Assembly (NCBI GenBank): GCA_043228905.1
Contig: JBHGNT010000003.1
Coordinates: 6,696,001 to 6,760,000, forward strand
Reading direction: 5' to 3'
DNA: 64,000 nt
From: Azolla caroliniana
Taxonomy: Eukaryota; Plantae; Polypodiophyta
The notes beneath the pieces were generated by a model, which was not told the DNA's origin, did not search any database, and saw only the letters and a program-made list of their open reading frames with translations. Position 1 is the stretch's first letter; each line of letters starts with the position of its first letter. The translations under genes and the position numbers were made by a program. Of the stretch, positions 62,501 to 64,000 are shown piece by piece.

Positions 62501-64000
62501 TTCTCATTTTTTTACCTTGAGTTCACACTGAATTACAACATTATGTTAATGTGTTTATGTCAGAGTTATCATCCAAGTGATAGGTTGATTTTTGGTGTTT
62601 ATGTTAACATGTTTATGACAGTCTTATCATCAGTTATTTGTGAGGATGAGGAAACAAATTTCTTAAAAAATAAGGCTTCCAGTATGGGAAAGAATTGTAA
62701 ATCCCTTTGATACCGATCAAGTACAGCTTATAATGTTTGACTTACCATCTTGGGTTATGCCACTGGCACATAATTAGAAAATAGAAACAAAAAGTAGAAA
62801 GTAATAGCATTGAGGATATTATTACCTTAATGTATTATGATTGATGTTTCCCCCTGCTAGGTGTTCTGAAATATTCGATTACAGCCATGCCATGACTACC
62901 ACTATATAACTGTGAATAGGTTATATCAAAAAATTTACGAAAAGCAGGAATACCTTTACTCCTTGCGTCCACTATAGGTCCATCTCCCTGTTCTTCTGAC
63001 ATGAGTGGTCACAGTTTTTGAGAGCATAGAATGGACTTTTGCACAGTTTTCTAGGTACACTATATACAATGAAACTGTAGGCACACCATAAGCCAAGTAC
63101 ATACAGTGCTGTGCTGGCTGTCGGATTTTGTGCATGAATCTGTAGGTATTTCTTTACATAACTAAGTAAACTTTTAACATTTGTTACCCTGAATCTATTC
63201 CTCAGCCCTAATTGGAAGTATATAATCTCTGACCTTCCACCTGACAACTATTAGTATGAACAACCTCATGTATAATCCCTGAGTAAAAGTACAATGATTT
63301 GAGAAATGGAGATTGGAATGTAGGCAGTAGATTTGGTCCTTGCTTCTTTACAGACTGGTTGAGTTTTTGTACAAGTTCTTCCTTGTTGTTGAGATAAGGT
63401 TGTCTCACAAGAGCTTTATAGATCGATCTTAAGTTGGATAAATGATGAAGCTTAGATTTACTGCAGGATTGATTTTTGCGACATTTGGTCCAAGTTATTC
63501 TTATGTCCTCCTAAGGCTTTTATATGGAGCGAGATGGAGTGATGGAGAAGCAGCGACAGCACTAGCTTGCTACTGCTTTTACATATTGATGCTTGCTCTC
63601 AATGGTAACCCCTTCTTTTTATAAAATCTTTTTCTTTTGAGTGTTTCTTATTGATGACAGCAAATGTTTCCATACCACCGCCATGCATCTTGATACTTTC
63701 TCTCAATGGTAACCCATTTGTATATAAATTGTTTTCTTTTTTAGTGTTTCTTATTGCTGACAACTCTCCCTACAACCCCCATAACTGTCCCTGGATCCTT
63801 GTTGCGGAGCTCTAGTGTCATATTGCCATGTTCTTTACTCTTTTTTAATCTAACATTTATATCATGTGGATGATGGCTCTAACTTAGGTTTTATATGTCA
63901 TGTTGGTTTTAGTATTTATTTCATTTCATTTGTCTTTCAGGTACAACAGAAGCATTTTTACATGCTGTTGTGACCAAAAGCCAACTTGCTCGGTCAAATA
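56578..64000 (+). CDS. RFT1: RFT1 family ER membrane protein (Man5GlcNAc2-PP-dolichol translocation); multi-exon, 3' end outside the window
   Basis: Phase-consistent exons: 56578-56641, 57086-57165, 59152-59243, 59347-59507, 60029-60180, 61723-61871, 61954-62114, 62210-62293, 62410-62481, 63467-63604, 63941->64000. Motifs: [81 protein letters not shown]. Confidence 0.93.

Overview
Eukaryotic plant genomic DNA, probably a seed-free vascular plant such as a fern (inferred from TE content and a PLS-type PPR remnant). Two host genes sit head-to-head at the window edges: a PB1-domain protein gene (minus strand, ATG 1005, runs off the left edge) and an intron-rich RFT1 gene (plus strand, ATG 56578, runs off the right edge). 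The ~55 kb between them is mostly transposons. (1) A four-level Ty1/copia nest at 6063-24407: old LTR A contains element B, which contains element C, which contains an intact element D and a solo LTR E. (2) A non-autonomous hAT element. (3) A 5'-truncated RTE/RTEX-like LINE inserted in a (CT)n run. (4) Several L1 LINEs, one full-length with a 16-bp TSD and nested in an older L1. (5) A 9.8-kb non-chromovirus Ty3/gypsy element with a large extra ORF. The most unusual observations are an in-frame NLS+CCHC extension of copia-B pol between two polypurine tracts, a solo LTR flanked by a 472-bp target duplication, the gypsy extra ORF and missing PPT, an unannotated conserved L1 ORF2 region, a 144-bp repeat array in the L1 3' region, and a probable GC-AG first intron in RFT1. 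All calls come from reading the sequence by eye; no database searches were run.
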